36,980 bases of DNA from an uncultured Pseudomonadota bacterium (GCA_964595045.1 CAZQOW010000003.1:1-36980); one strand, 5' to 3'. Numbered from the stretch's first letter, positions 26,321 through 35,612 are shown. A program made the numbers and translations. The notes: generated from the letters alone by a model not told the origin.

Positions 26321-26780
26321 TGTGGTATTTAATTTAAATGAATTTTACTCATTTCTCAAATTTTGTTGAAAGTTTTTAGAATTTCTCCGTTGAGTAAAAG
26401 TTTAACAAGCTGAATCTTCAATCCAGTTAAAGACAAACTCAATCCAACCTAAATTTAGATGTATAAAAAGCACTCGAATGTAAATTTTTTATTCGAAATT
26501 AGCACTGTTTTAGACTCCCAAATTTAGCAAAATATTATAATTTTTGTGTGATTGGACTTCACTTCGATCATGAAATACCACAGTCATCCAACGCAATAAA
26601 GATTCATTGATTTTACTCATGAGATCGAAGCGTGGCACCCATTTACAGTTTCTTTTTTAAGAACAATTGCGAATGCATCAGTAAAATGCAATTGCTTAAA
26701 AAATAATCTCTCCAAAAAATTATCAATTAATCAAAATTCTGTAAGTGATTGAAAAAAAGAGTGGAAATAATATTTCAAAT

Positions 26781-26796
26781 TGGTACAAGAGTTGCT
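26781..26796 (+). promoter_or_regulatory. candidate sigma54 (-24/-12) promoter TGGTACaagagTTGCT for porin 2
   Basis: GG at 26782-83 and GC at 26794-95 have the exact consensus spacing, and 13 of the 16 positions listed match TGGCAC-N5-TTGCW apart from C4->T. The site lies 52 nt upstream of ATG 26848. Confidence 0.4.
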
Positions 26797-26847
26797 CTTC
26801 ATTTCAGAAAATTTTCTAACCCACTTTTTAGTTAAGGAGTTTGTACG

Positions 26848-28074
26848 ATGAAAAAATATCTCTTTCTTCTTTTTTCTTTTTTGCTTTTAACCATTCCTCA
26901 ATTCTCAAAAGCCGAAGAATCTAAGGCGAAAGGATTAGAGATTTCTGGATTTGTTGATGCAGTAAGCGGATGGCAACATGATGATCATAATGCCTACGGT
27001 AATCCAATTGGTGGACAACTTGGTTGGTTTCGAGGAACCACTTCTCCTGGTCGAGATACTTTTGATACTTATCTAGATGTAGTAGAAATAGACCTCGATA
27101 AAAGTTTCGGAGAAAATATTCGTCTTCGAGTAGATCTTGATTTCGGTCGTGCTCTTTCAGGAACTGGAAGAACAACCGATTCAGGTGGAACTGGAATATC
27201 CAATTTCGAAGTTGAGCAAGCGTACATGACAGCGAATTTAAAGGGAGCTGAGTTTCTCATTGGTCGATTTACTGTTCCAATCGGATACTATGTTTGGCAT
27301 CGTATCGATAATCCATCCATTTCCTTTTCAACTATTTTTAATTACATCACTCCTGCCAATGATACAGGGGCAAAAATATTTTATGCTTTCAAAGAGCATT
27401 TTGATTTCCATATTTATGTCGTGAATAGCTTAGCTGACTCTGCTCCTTTTGGAGTTCTTGCACCCGGCGCAACTCCTGGAACAAAAGGTAATTCCATTAG
27501 TGGAACGACAGTGAATCCGGGAGGATTAACCAATGGTGCATATAGTGCGATTCCCTCCTACGGATCTCGCTTTGGATTTAACTGGGGTAGCGATGCGACC
27601 AAAAGCACAATCGGTATTTCTTACGCAGGAGGACCTGAAAGATATGGATGCAATGAAGCGACCACCGGAATCACCTCTTGTAATAGACATTTAACTCATA
27701 TCGTTGATTTAGATTATGCTGTGAAATTTACCCCAAAATTACTTTTTGCGGGTGAAGGGGTATTTCGTCAGGATAATTCTGATGTCCCGGGAATTCGAAA
27801 TGACCGATCATGGGGAGGATTTGTCCTATTAAATTATGACTTTACGGATGTGTGGAGAATGTTTTTCCGAGGTGGTTTTCTGCAAGATCAAACCGGGTTT
27901 TATACTGGTGCCAATGAAAACATCATAGATTTTGCTTTAGGAGCCGGATATCAAATTACCGATAAAGCAAAATTGAAGATTGAGTATAGTCCGATGATTT
28001 TTGATTCGAGAGTCCCAGGAGTAAAAACTTCTATCTCGAATGGATTTGCGATGGAATTCGGTTATTATTTTTAA
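26848..28074 (+). CDS. outer-membrane beta-barrel porin (uncharacterised family), paralogue 2
   Basis: Signal peptide MKKYLFLLFSFLLLTIPQFSKA, SD AAGGAG, C-terminal FAMEFGYYF. Paralogous to porin 1. Confidence 0.8.
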   Translation: MKKYLFLLFSFLLLTIPQFSKAEESKAKGLEISGFVDAVSGWQHDDHNAYGNPIGGQLGWFRGTTSPGRDTFDTYLDVVEIDLDKSFGENIRLRVDLDFGRALSGTGRTTDSGGTGISNFEVEQAYMTANLKGAEFLIGRFTVPIGYYVWHRIDNPSISFSTIFNYITPANDTGAKIFYAFKEHFDFHIYVVNSLADSAPFGVLAPGATPGTKGNSISGTTVNPGGLTNGAYSAIPSYGSRFGFNWGSDATKSTIGISYAGGPERYGCNEATTGITSCNRHLTHIVDLDYAVKFTPKLLFAGEGVFRQDNSDVPGIRNDRSWGGFVLLNYDFTDVWRMFFRGGFLQDQTGFYTGANENIIDFALGAGYQITDKAKLKIEYSPMIFDSRVPGVKTSISNGFAMEFGYYF

Positions 28075-28103
28075 CTTAGCTTTTTCCTCTCCTATTCAGA
28101 TAT

Positions 28104-28136
28104 AAATAGCCTCGATTGATCGAGGCTATTTTTTTG
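28104..28136 (+). terminator. rho-independent terminator
   Basis: 10-bp stem ATAGCCTCGA (28106-28115) / TCGAGGCTAT (28120-28129) with loop TTGA, followed by TTTTTT. Confidence 0.85.
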
Positions 28137-28194
28137 TTTAAATTTTTTGGGATAAGGTTGACGAGAAAGAAATGAGAAAAATAAAAATTGAATG

Positions 28195-29568
28195 TTAACT
28201 GTTTTTCCAATGCCACGCTTTGGGTTGGGTAAATGCTTCAATTCCTAGGCTTGAGAGAGTCGAGCCGATTCCAGAATGCTTTCTTCCTGACCAAGGAAGT
28301 CTTGGGCTTACCCGATCACAACAGTTGAAATAAACTGATCCTGCGTTGATTTGAGAGAGAATTTTTTTCGCGCGAACTTCTTCTTTTGAATAAACTCCGG
28401 CGGTGAGACCATAATCGGTATCGTTCATTAATTCGATTGCTTCCTGATCATTCTTTACTTTTTGAACTCCGATCAACGGACCAAACGTTTCCTCTTTCAT
28501 CAAACTCATTGAATGATTCACATCGATAAAAACAGTCGGTTCAAAATAAGAACCCGATCGATCGATTTTTTTGCCGCCGCAGAGAAGTTTTGCACCTTTT
28601 TGAATTGCATCGTTTACCTGATTTTCTAAATAAGAAAGATGTGCTTTGCGGGTGAGAGATCCAATATAGGTTTTTTCATCGGTTGGATCGCCAACGACAA
28701 AACTTTTCACGGTTGAAAGAAAGAGTTCAATAAATTGATTATAAATTTTTTCATGAACATAAATTCGCTCGACTGAGCAGCAACTTTGCCCAGTATTATA
28801 GAATGCGCCATCTGCAATTCCAGGAGCGACAGTCGCTACATCGACATCCTCACAAACATAGATCGGATCTTTTCCTCCGAGTTCTAACTGGACTTTCATC
28901 AACTGTTTGGAGGCAGACTCGGCAATTTTTTGTCCGGTTAGATAAGATCCGGTGAAAAAGATTCCATCGAGTGGTTGTTTAAGAAGTTCTGCCCCTACAT
29001 TTCCTCCTCCAATCACCGAAATAAAAGCATCTTTCGGAATTCCTGATTGATAGAGAAGATCAGTGATTGCAATTCCAGTGAGCGTTGCAAATTCAGATGG
29101 CTTATAAAGAACCGTATTTCCGGTTAATAGAGCTGGAATGAAAACATTTGATCCAACAAAATAGGGATAATTCCAGGCAGAAATATTTCCGATGACCCCT
29201 AAAGGTTCAAAGGTGATCGATTCTTTTAAATGCTGAGAGGGATCATTCAGCACAACTTCTTCTTTCAAAACCTTTTCTGTATTTTCCAAGAAAAAATCGA
29301 TTCTTCCCAAAACTCCACTTAACTCATTGCGGGATTGAGCAATCGGCTTTCCCACTTCTGACGTGAGAGTTTGGCTCAAACTCTCTTTGTTTTTTACTAG
29401 TAATTCTCTGAAATTTTTAATCGATTGAAGTCGACTTTGAAGAGAACTGTTTTTCCATTCGGATTGAAATTTTTTCGCGCGATGAAATTTTGTCTGAATG
29501 GAGTCAGAATTATCTTCTTCAATTTCTTTGAGGATCGCTTCGGTAGCGGGATTGATAATTTTTAACAT
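28195..29568 (-). CDS. NAD(P)-dependent aldehyde dehydrogenase
   Basis: ELGGKDP (catalytic Glu) and GQSCCSVER (catalytic Cys). SD AAGGAG lies 7 nt upstream of the ATG. Confidence 0.92.
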   Translation of the reverse strand: MLKIINPATEAILKEIEEDNSDSIQTKFHRAKKFQSEWKNSSLQSRLQSIKNFRELLVKNKESLSQTLTSEVGKPIAQSRNELSGVLGRIDFFLENTEKVLKEEVVLNDPSQHLKESITFEPLGVIGNISAWNYPYFVGSNVFIPALLTGNTVLYKPSEFATLTGIAITDLLYQSGIPKDAFISVIGGGNVGAELLKQPLDGIFFTGSYLTGQKIAESASKQLMKVQLELGGKDPIYVCEDVDVATVAPGIADGAFYNTGQSCCSVERIYVHEKIYNQFIELFLSTVKSFVVGDPTDEKTYIGSLTRKAHLSYLENQVNDAIQKGAKLLCGGKKIDRSGSYFEPTVFIDVNHSMSLMKEETFGPLIGVQKVKNDQEAIELMNDTDYGLTAGVYSKEEVRAKKILSQINAGSVYFNCCDRVSPRLPWSGRKHSGIGSTLSSLGIEAFTQPKAWHWKNS

Positions 29569-29646
29569 CGTAAACTCCTTGAGAATATGGGGATTGTAAA
29601 CATTGGCCGACCTATCAGTTTTGGAAGACTGAGGTCGATAATCTAT

Positions 29647-30426
29647 TTACTTCTTCCTATTTCGAGCAGCGGCCAAAAAGTCTTTTAGAATAGGCTGACT
29701 ATCCAATACCGACTTGTTGTTGGGATCATGAAATTCGGGATGCCATTGAACACCCAAAATATACGAATCTCCGGCATACGAAACTGCTTCGACGATTCCA
29801 TCTTCGGGAGAGCAGGCTTCGACTTTCAGATCTTTTCCAATCTGTTTTAAGGCTTGATGATGAATACTGTTGATTTTCGTCGATTGAGTATTCGGGTAAA
29901 GTTTTGAAAGTTTTGAACCAGGTTCGAATTGAATATCATGGAAATGTTGATCATAAACTTCCCAATTGCGATGATGGCTAGATTCGGGAAGTTCGTGAAC
30001 AATATCTTGATAAAGAGTTCCACCAAAAGCAACATTGATTAGTTGAGCACCGCGACAAACCCCCAACACCGGTTTCTTTTGCGCTACAAACTCATTTAAT
30101 AATTCAATTTCATAACGATCACGAATTGCATCACCGCTCCATTCCGGTTTCATCGGGTCTTGGTGATAACTCTTCGGGGAAACATCGGCTCCCCCTTGTA
30201 AGACAAGACCATCCAGTTCGGAAACGAGATCTTTCAAACGAATTTTTGACTCACCTGCAACAGAAGGGATCATAAACACTAAAGCTCCTTCCGACATGAT
30301 CCAGTGGGCGAGCGATTGTTCGAGATAAAGGAGTGTTTTTCCTTTGAAAATTTTTCTTTCAGGATCACTATGGAAAAAACAGGCAGAGGCTCCAATTTTA
30401 AGTGGTTGCATGGATAATTTGATCAA
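29647..30426 (-). CDS. gamma-glutamyl-amide hydrolase, peptidase C26 / class I glutamine amidotransferase-like (PuuD-like)
   Basis: PVLGVCRGAQLINVAFGGTL (nucleophile Cys), SIHHQA and GVQWHPEF. The track start is TTG 30426; an alternative ATG lies at 30411 (MQPLKIG...). Confidence 0.88.
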   Translation of the reverse strand: MIKLSMQPLKIGASACFFHSDPERKIFKGKTLLYLEQSLAHWIMSEGALVFMIPSVAGESKIRLKDLVSELDGLVLQGGADVSPKSYHQDPMKPEWSGDAIRDRYEIELLNEFVAQKKPVLGVCRGAQLINVAFGGTLYQDIVHELPESSHHRNWEVYDQHFHDIQFEPGSKLSKLYPNTQSTKINSIHHQALKQIGKDLKVEACSPEDGIVEAVSYAGDSYILGVQWHPEFHDPNNKSVLDSQPILKDFLAAARNRKK

Positions 30427-30511
30427 TTAAATGTTATTAAATTTGAAACTAGAATTTTGATAATCTATGTCATTATCATAAGTCAACTTCTGGAATCTAG
30501 GTTTAAATAAA

Positions 30512-31357
30512 ATGAAAAATAGTTCATTAAAATCATCCCTTTCATTCAATATTGAACGGGTAAAAAAAGCGATTCAATTTTTTAAACCAATTTTAAAATA
30601 TTACTTTCGTGCAGAGGTTCGAGATCTTCAAAACATTCCAAAAAAACAGACTGTTTTAATTTCAAATCATGATGGAGGGATGCTTCCAATTGATACCATT
30701 CTTTTTCTTTCCCGTTGGCATGAACATTTTGAGTATTCTCGTCCTATCTTTATACTGGTGCATGATATTGTCTTTCAGCTGTTTGGCCCTTGGAAAAACA
30801 TTCTTTATGAGGTTGGATGTCTTCCAGCCGATCAAGAGAATTTAAAGAAGGTTTTAGAGAAAGGGTATGATCTCTTCATATATCCAGGAGGGGCTCGAGA
30901 AACTTTTCGAACTTTTTGGGATCGAAAAAAAATTACTTTAGGAAATCGAAGTGGTTTTATTCGTCATGTGCTCGAAAATAAAACACTTCTCACTCCTCTC
31001 GTTTCGGTAGGAGTTCATGAAACTTTTTTCGTTCTTTCTCAAGGCGAATGGATCGCAAAAAAATTAGGTCTTTATAAACATCTTCGTGCTGATGTCTTTC
31101 CTTTAGTGGCGGGATTTCCTTTTGGGGTATGGATTGGGGCAGGCATTCCACAATTTCCACTCCCTTCAAAAATCGTGATGAAAGTGCTTCCTTCGCTCAA
31201 TCTTTCTCAAAAGAAAAAGAAAAGTGAGTTAAACCAGGCGATTCAATCACCTAAAAACTCTCCACTTATTTCAAAGCTCTTCATTCAAATTAGAAATAAA
31301 ATGCAAAAAGAACATTCAAAACTTTATGCCGAGCGAAAAATTCCAATCATCGGATAA
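30512..31357 (+). CDS. LPLAT/MGAT-like acyltransferase
   Basis: SNHDGGMLPID and IYPGGARETF blocks in the order seen in lysophospholipid/monoacylglycerol-type acyltransferases. The product cannot be inferred. Confidence 0.7.
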   Translation: MKNSSLKSSLSFNIERVKKAIQFFKPILKYYFRAEVRDLQNIPKKQTVLISNHDGGMLPIDTILFLSRWHEHFEYSRPIFILVHDIVFQLFGPWKNILYEVGCLPADQENLKKVLEKGYDLFIYPGGARETFRTFWDRKKITLGNRSGFIRHVLENKTLLTPLVSVGVHETFFVLSQGEWIAKKLGLYKHLRADVFPLVAGFPFGVWIGAGIPQFPLPSKIVMKVLPSLNLSQKKKKSELNQAIQSPKNSPLISKLFIQIRNKMQKEHSKLYAERKIPIIG

Positions 31358-31370
31358 ATTTTAAAAATAT

Positions 31371-32513
31371 TTACATCGCTTCTGAGAAAATTTTCACGAA
31401 ATCTTCTCTTGAACAAGGGGCAGGATTGTTCTGATGACAAACATCCTGAAACGCAACATTGACCAACCCATCGAGCTGTTCTTTTTTAACCCCTGCAGCA
31501 GAAAGTTTGGCTGGAATTCCGATTTCTGTTTTTAACATCTCGAGCCAATTTAAAAATCCTTCACCACTCTGGTTTTTTAATCCAACAGTAATCGCCATAT
31601 TTCTGAATCGATCGGGAACTGCGGAAACGTTCATTTTCAAAGCATGATTGATCATAATTCCATTGGCAAAGCCGTGATGAAGATCGGCAACAGTTGAAAG
31701 AGCATGGGCGCAGGAGTGAGTGACTCCAAGCCCTTTTTGAAAGGCGACTGCTCCCATGAGAGAAGACATCATCATTAAACTTCTCGATTCAATATCTTTC
31801 GGATTGTGAACCGCTTGAGGTAAACTTTGGGCGGCGAGACGTAATCCCTCTAACGCAATCCCGTCGCACATTGGGTGAAATCCTTTTGCGAGGTACGATT
31901 CGACGCAATGGGTGAGTGCATCCATTCCGGTTGCGGCGGTGACCTTCGCCGGAAGATCTAAGGTCAGTTCTGGATCCGCAAAAACCGCTTTTGCAAGCAA
32001 GCGGGGTGAAAAAATGATTTTCTTTAGATGGGTTACATCGTCCGAAACAACGGCGCTTCTTCCGACTTCAGATCCGGTTCCAGAAGTGGTCGGAAGTGCA
32101 ATCCAATGAGGAATTTCTTTATCGATTGGAAGTGCGCCCGGTTTGTCATCTTCGTAATCAAACAAATCTCCCGGATGATGAATCATCAGAGCGATCGCTT
32201 TTGCGACATCGAGAGCCGCTCCACCCCCTAGTCCAATAATACAATCCGCGTTTGAATTGCGATACGCTTCAACTCCCGCTTTCACCTGGCTTTTTACCGG
32301 ATTTCCCCAGATCTCTGAAAATGTCTCAACCTTTAATCCGCTTCGTGAAAGAGAATCCTGAAGGTTTTTGAAAAATTCGAGACCGATAATTCCGCGGTCG
32401 GTGACGATCAGGGGATGAGAAAGTTGATTTGCCTTGAGATGATCTGCCACTTTTGATCGGCTGTTGGCACCGAAATGGATGAGAGTGGGAAAACTGAATT
32501 GATAGAGGGGCAT
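31371..32513 (-). CDS. iron-containing (group III) alcohol dehydrogenase
   Basis: IGLGGGAALDVAKAIAL, DALTHCVESY and GVTHSCAHALS (metal-binding His residues). SD AGGAA lies 8 nt upstream. Confidence 0.92.
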   Translation of the reverse strand: MPLYQFSFPTLIHFGANSRSKVADHLKANQLSHPLIVTDRGIIGLEFFKNLQDSLSRSGLKVETFSEIWGNPVKSQVKAGVEAYRNSNADCIIGLGGGAALDVAKAIALMIHHPGDLFDYEDDKPGALPIDKEIPHWIALPTTSGTGSEVGRSAVVSDDVTHLKKIIFSPRLLAKAVFADPELTLDLPAKVTAATGMDALTHCVESYLAKGFHPMCDGIALEGLRLAAQSLPQAVHNPKDIESRSLMMMSSLMGAVAFQKGLGVTHSCAHALSTVADLHHGFANGIMINHALKMNVSAVPDRFRNMAITVGLKNQSGEGFLNWLEMLKTEIGIPAKLSAAGVKKEQLDGLVNVAFQDVCHQNNPAPCSREDFVKIFSEAM

Positions 32514-32544
32514 AAATAATTCCTGTGAAAATAGTCATCGTGCT

Positions 32545-32574
32545 GGGAGGGGGACCCGCCGGGTCGCCCCTACG
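32545..32574. repeat. REP-like hairpin, family A (degenerate)
   Basis: GGGAGGGGGACCCGCCGGGTCGCCCCTACG with stem GGGGGACCC/GGGTC(G)CCCC, one bulge. It lies in the 85-nt spacer between the GS-like and Fe-ADH genes. Confidence 0.55.
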
Positions 32575-32598
32575 TATGACGAAATGGTTTTAGTTTAG

Positions 32599-33963
32599 CT
32601 AAATAATTTCGAAATATCTCTGCAGCTCCCAATTGGTCACTGCATCCTGAAACTGTCGCCATTCCCAGTTTCTCGTTCTAACAAAGTGATCGACAAAAAC
32701 TTCTCCGAAAATTTCTCGGGCGATTTTCGAATCGGAAAGTTTTTGGGTCGCTTCTTGCAAGTTTTTTGGAAGTCTCTTCGATTCTTGATCTTGATAACCG
32801 CTTCCGGTTACCGCTTTAGTATCGAGTTTCAGGTTTTTTTCAATGCCATAAAGCCCTGCAGCAAGGCAAGCAGCAATTGCAAGATAAGGATTAATATCCG
32901 ATCCACAAATTCTGGCTTCGACTCGGGTTGATTTTGAACTTCCCGGGATGACGCGATAGGCAACGGTTCGATTGTCGATTCCCCACGAAGCTTTGGTGGG
33001 GGCCCAATAGCCGTCGACGAGTCTTTTGTAACTATTCACCGTTGGCGCGACGAAAGGGAGAATCTCTGGAAGACATTGAATTTGCCCGGCGAGATAACTT
33101 TTAAAAAGATCGCTCATTTTATTCGGATCTTTTTCATCGTAGAAAAAATTCTTTTCACTGTTTTTATCCCATAAGCTCTGATGGGCATGTCCGCTGCATC
33201 CGGGAAGGGTGGTATTCCACTTCGCCATAAAACTTGGCATGATTCCAAATCGGTAAGCGATCTCTTTGGCGGAGGATTTGAAAAGGACCGCTCGATCAGC
33301 CGCTTCCAGCGCGTCGGAGAAAAGGATTGCGGCTTCGAAAACTCCTGGGCCGGTTTCGGTATGTAATCCTTCGAGAGGAACTCCAAACTTCAGAAGTTCG
33401 TCCATTAACGCTTCAAAATAAGGTTGATTGAGACTCGAGCGGAGAATCGAGTAACCAAACATTCCAGGTGTGAGTGGTTCGAGCGAATTAAACTTTTTTT
33501 CTGCAATCGATTGAGGAGTTTCTTTAAAATTGAACCATTCAAATTCCAATCCGAATTTAGGAAAGAATCCCAAGTTTTCTGCTTTGGCGATTGTTTTCTT
33601 CAAAAGCTGTCTGGGACAGATTTCCAAAGGTTTTCCGGAACTCTCTTCAAAATTTCCCAAAAAGAACGGGATATTTTTATCCCATGGAACTTGACGATAG
33701 GTGGCAGGATCAATTTTGACCAACGCATCCGGATAACCGGTATGCCAGCCGGTGAAGGTGGCGTTGTCGTAGCAAACATCGGCTGAATCCCAACCGAGAA
33801 CGACATCGCAAAACCCAAATCCGCTATCGAGTGCCGATAAAAATTTGTCTTTATGAAGATATTTTCCGCGCAAAACTCCATCGATATCGGTGACGGCAAC
33901 TTTTACTTTTTGATGTTCTGATTTTTTGATTTCTTCTTTGATTGTTTCAAGATTTTTTTTCAT
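32599..33963 (-). CDS. glutamine synthetase-family gamma-glutamyl-amine ligase (PuuA/GlnA4/IpuC-like)
   Basis: GS fold motifs DIDGVLRGKY, GLEFEWF, GCSGHAHQSLW, NSYKRLV and ARICGSDINPYL. The 454-aa size and genomic context fit the gamma-glutamylating paralogues rather than GlnA. Confidence 0.9.
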   Translation of the reverse strand: MKKNLETIKEEIKKSEHQKVKVAVTDIDGVLRGKYLHKDKFLSALDSGFGFCDVVLGWDSADVCYDNATFTGWHTGYPDALVKIDPATYRQVPWDKNIPFFLGNFEESSGKPLEICPRQLLKKTIAKAENLGFFPKFGLEFEWFNFKETPQSIAEKKFNSLEPLTPGMFGYSILRSSLNQPYFEALMDELLKFGVPLEGLHTETGPGVFEAAILFSDALEAADRAVLFKSSAKEIAYRFGIMPSFMAKWNTTLPGCSGHAHQSLWDKNSEKNFFYDEKDPNKMSDLFKSYLAGQIQCLPEILPFVAPTVNSYKRLVDGYWAPTKASWGIDNRTVAYRVIPGSSKSTRVEARICGSDINPYLAIAACLAAGLYGIEKNLKLDTKAVTGSGYQDQESKRLPKNLQEATQKLSDSKIAREIFGEVFVDHFVRTRNWEWRQFQDAVTNWELQRYFEII

Positions 33964-33986
33964 GGGGGATTTCCATATTCATAAAT

Positions 33987-34014
33987 GTAGGGGCACACGG
34001 CTGTGCGCCCCTAC
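33987..34014. repeat. REP-like hairpin, family A
   Basis: GTAGGGGCACACGGCTGTGCGCCCCTAC with outer stem GTAGGGGC/GCCCCTAC plus an inner CAC/GTG. It lies between the permease and GS-like genes. Confidence 0.65.
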
Positions 34015-34021
34015 GAAAAAA

Positions 34022-35413
34022 CTAAACAGTGGCTGGGAGTTCATCCTCTAAACTTTCTTCAGAGTTCATTCCTTCTTCTGGAATGAGATGAAATTCTCTT
34101 TTTCGAATATTATGTGGAACTCTCAAATAGAACCAACCGAATCCGGCGGCGAGAATTGCTCCATAAATTAAAGCGAGTTTTTGATTATAATAAACCATCG
34201 CTCCTAAACAGAAAGCAGAGAGGATAAGAGAAATAATCGGCGTAAAAGGATAGAATGGAACTTTATAAGGACGAGGTAAATTTGGCTCTTTCTGTCTCAG
34301 TCTGAGTAAGGAGATCGTTGAGAGGAGATAAAGTGTTAAAGCACCGAAAACGGAAATCGTAATAATATCTCCGGTTTTCCCTGTGAGTAAAGCAATTCCT
34401 CCTAAAACAAGATTGACTAAAAGAGCTGCCGCAGGGGTTTTTCGATTTTTAAGGGTAGTTCCCAAAATTTTTGGGGCGTAACCGACTCGACCGAATTCGA
34501 AAATCGCTCTGCCGGCAACTAAAATGATTCCATGGAAAGAGGCGAGTAGACCGAAAATTCCGATATAAATTAAGAGATGATAAAGGATATTGTTTTGTCC
34601 AAAAACCGCTCCCAAAGCTAATGGGAGAGGGGAGTCAGAGGTTTCTTGAGATCCGGGAGTTTTATAAACAATCGCTTCCCAACCATGAACTCCAATGGAG
34701 GCAAAGAAAACAAGAACAGCTAAGGCAACTAAAGTAAACATCGCCCAACCAAATCCTTTGGGTAAATCTTTTTGCGGATTTTTGGTTTCTTCGGCAACAT
34801 TGGCAATTCCTTCAATCGCCAAATAAAACCAAATCGCAAAAGGGATTGCCGGTAAAATTCCTGTCCAACCATGGGGAAGAGGGTTAGAAGAGAAGCTTTG
34901 CCATGAAAAACTGGGGAAAGTTGCTCCAGCAAAAATTAAAAGTTCGACAACTGCTAAAATGGTAATAAAAAGTTCAAAAATCGCGGAATGTTTTACGCCA
35001 TAAATATTGAGAGCGGTAAAAAGTGCGTAAGAAACAAAAGCAACGGTTAAAGGATGAAATTGTGGATAAAGATTATTAAAGTAAGCGCCAATTGCAAAAG
35101 CAATCGCAGGAGGGGCGAAAACGAATTCGATACATTGAGCGGCCCCGGCCAAAAACCCCAGATTAGAGCCAAGTGCCCGATTTCCATAGACAAATGCTCC
35201 GCCCGCTTTCGGAATTGCACAGGAGAGTTCGGCGTAACTCAGAACAAAGGTTATATATAGGATACTGACAAGAACCAGAGCGGCGAGCAATCCATAAGGT
35301 CCTCCTTCGGGAAGGCCTAAATTCCAGCCGAAATACATCCCAGAAATCACGTAACCGACTCCGAGTCCCCATAACATGATAGGGCCGAGTGTTTTTTTCA
35401 GTTGATGCGACAT
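34022..35413 (-). CDS. APC-superfamily amino acid/amine permease, ethanolamine permease (Eat)-like
   Basis: 12-TM-type hydrophobic profile. The N-terminal LWGLGVGYVISGMYFGWNLGL and AELSCAIPKAGGAFVYGNRALG resemble the ethanolamine permease subfamily as I recall it. The track start GTG 35419 sits only 2 nt after the SD. ATG 35413 sits 8 nt after AGGAG, so I use it. Confidence 0.8.
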   Translation of the reverse strand: MSHQLKKTLGPIMLWGLGVGYVISGMYFGWNLGLPEGGPYGLLAALVLVSILYITFVLSYAELSCAIPKAGGAFVYGNRALGSNLGFLAGAAQCIEFVFAPPAIAFAIGAYFNNLYPQFHPLTVAFVSYALFTALNIYGVKHSAIFELFITILAVVELLIFAGATFPSFSWQSFSSNPLPHGWTGILPAIPFAIWFYLAIEGIANVAEETKNPQKDLPKGFGWAMFTLVALAVLVFFASIGVHGWEAIVYKTPGSQETSDSPLPLALGAVFGQNNILYHLLIYIGIFGLLASFHGIILVAGRAIFEFGRVGYAPKILGTTLKNRKTPAAALLVNLVLGGIALLTGKTGDIITISVFGALTLYLLSTISLLRLRQKEPNLPRPYKVPFYPFTPIISLILSAFCLGAMVYYNQKLALIYGAILAAGFGWFYLRVPHNIRKREFHLIPEEGMNSEESLEDELPATV

Positions 35414-35612
35414 AGGCACCGCTCCTTTCGGATTTTTTTAAAATAAAAACTCTGAACGGAAAAAATTCGAGTTCAAAGGTTTTACTTCAATTAAATTTGG
35501 ATTATTTGATGATTTGTCCTATTTACTTTTTTGAGAATACTCAAGTATTTATTCCATCTCTCATAAAAAAAGTTGCGATCTTTTTGAGATAAATTCCAAA
35601 ATCGGAGAAGTT

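Noticed and set aside
26633-26647. TGGCACCCATTTACA, which has a perfect -24 box, upstream of porin 2.
   Set aside because: The -12 element is TTAC/TACA rather than TTGC and is mis-spaced. The better site is 26781-26796.
35414-35419. GTG start at 35419 for the permease, and TTG 23458 for RidA.
   Set aside because: For the permease, the SD AGGAG lies only 2 nt from the GTG but 8 nt from ATG 35413. For RidA, the ATG at 23509 gives the family-typical length. Both are judgement calls without experimental N-termini.
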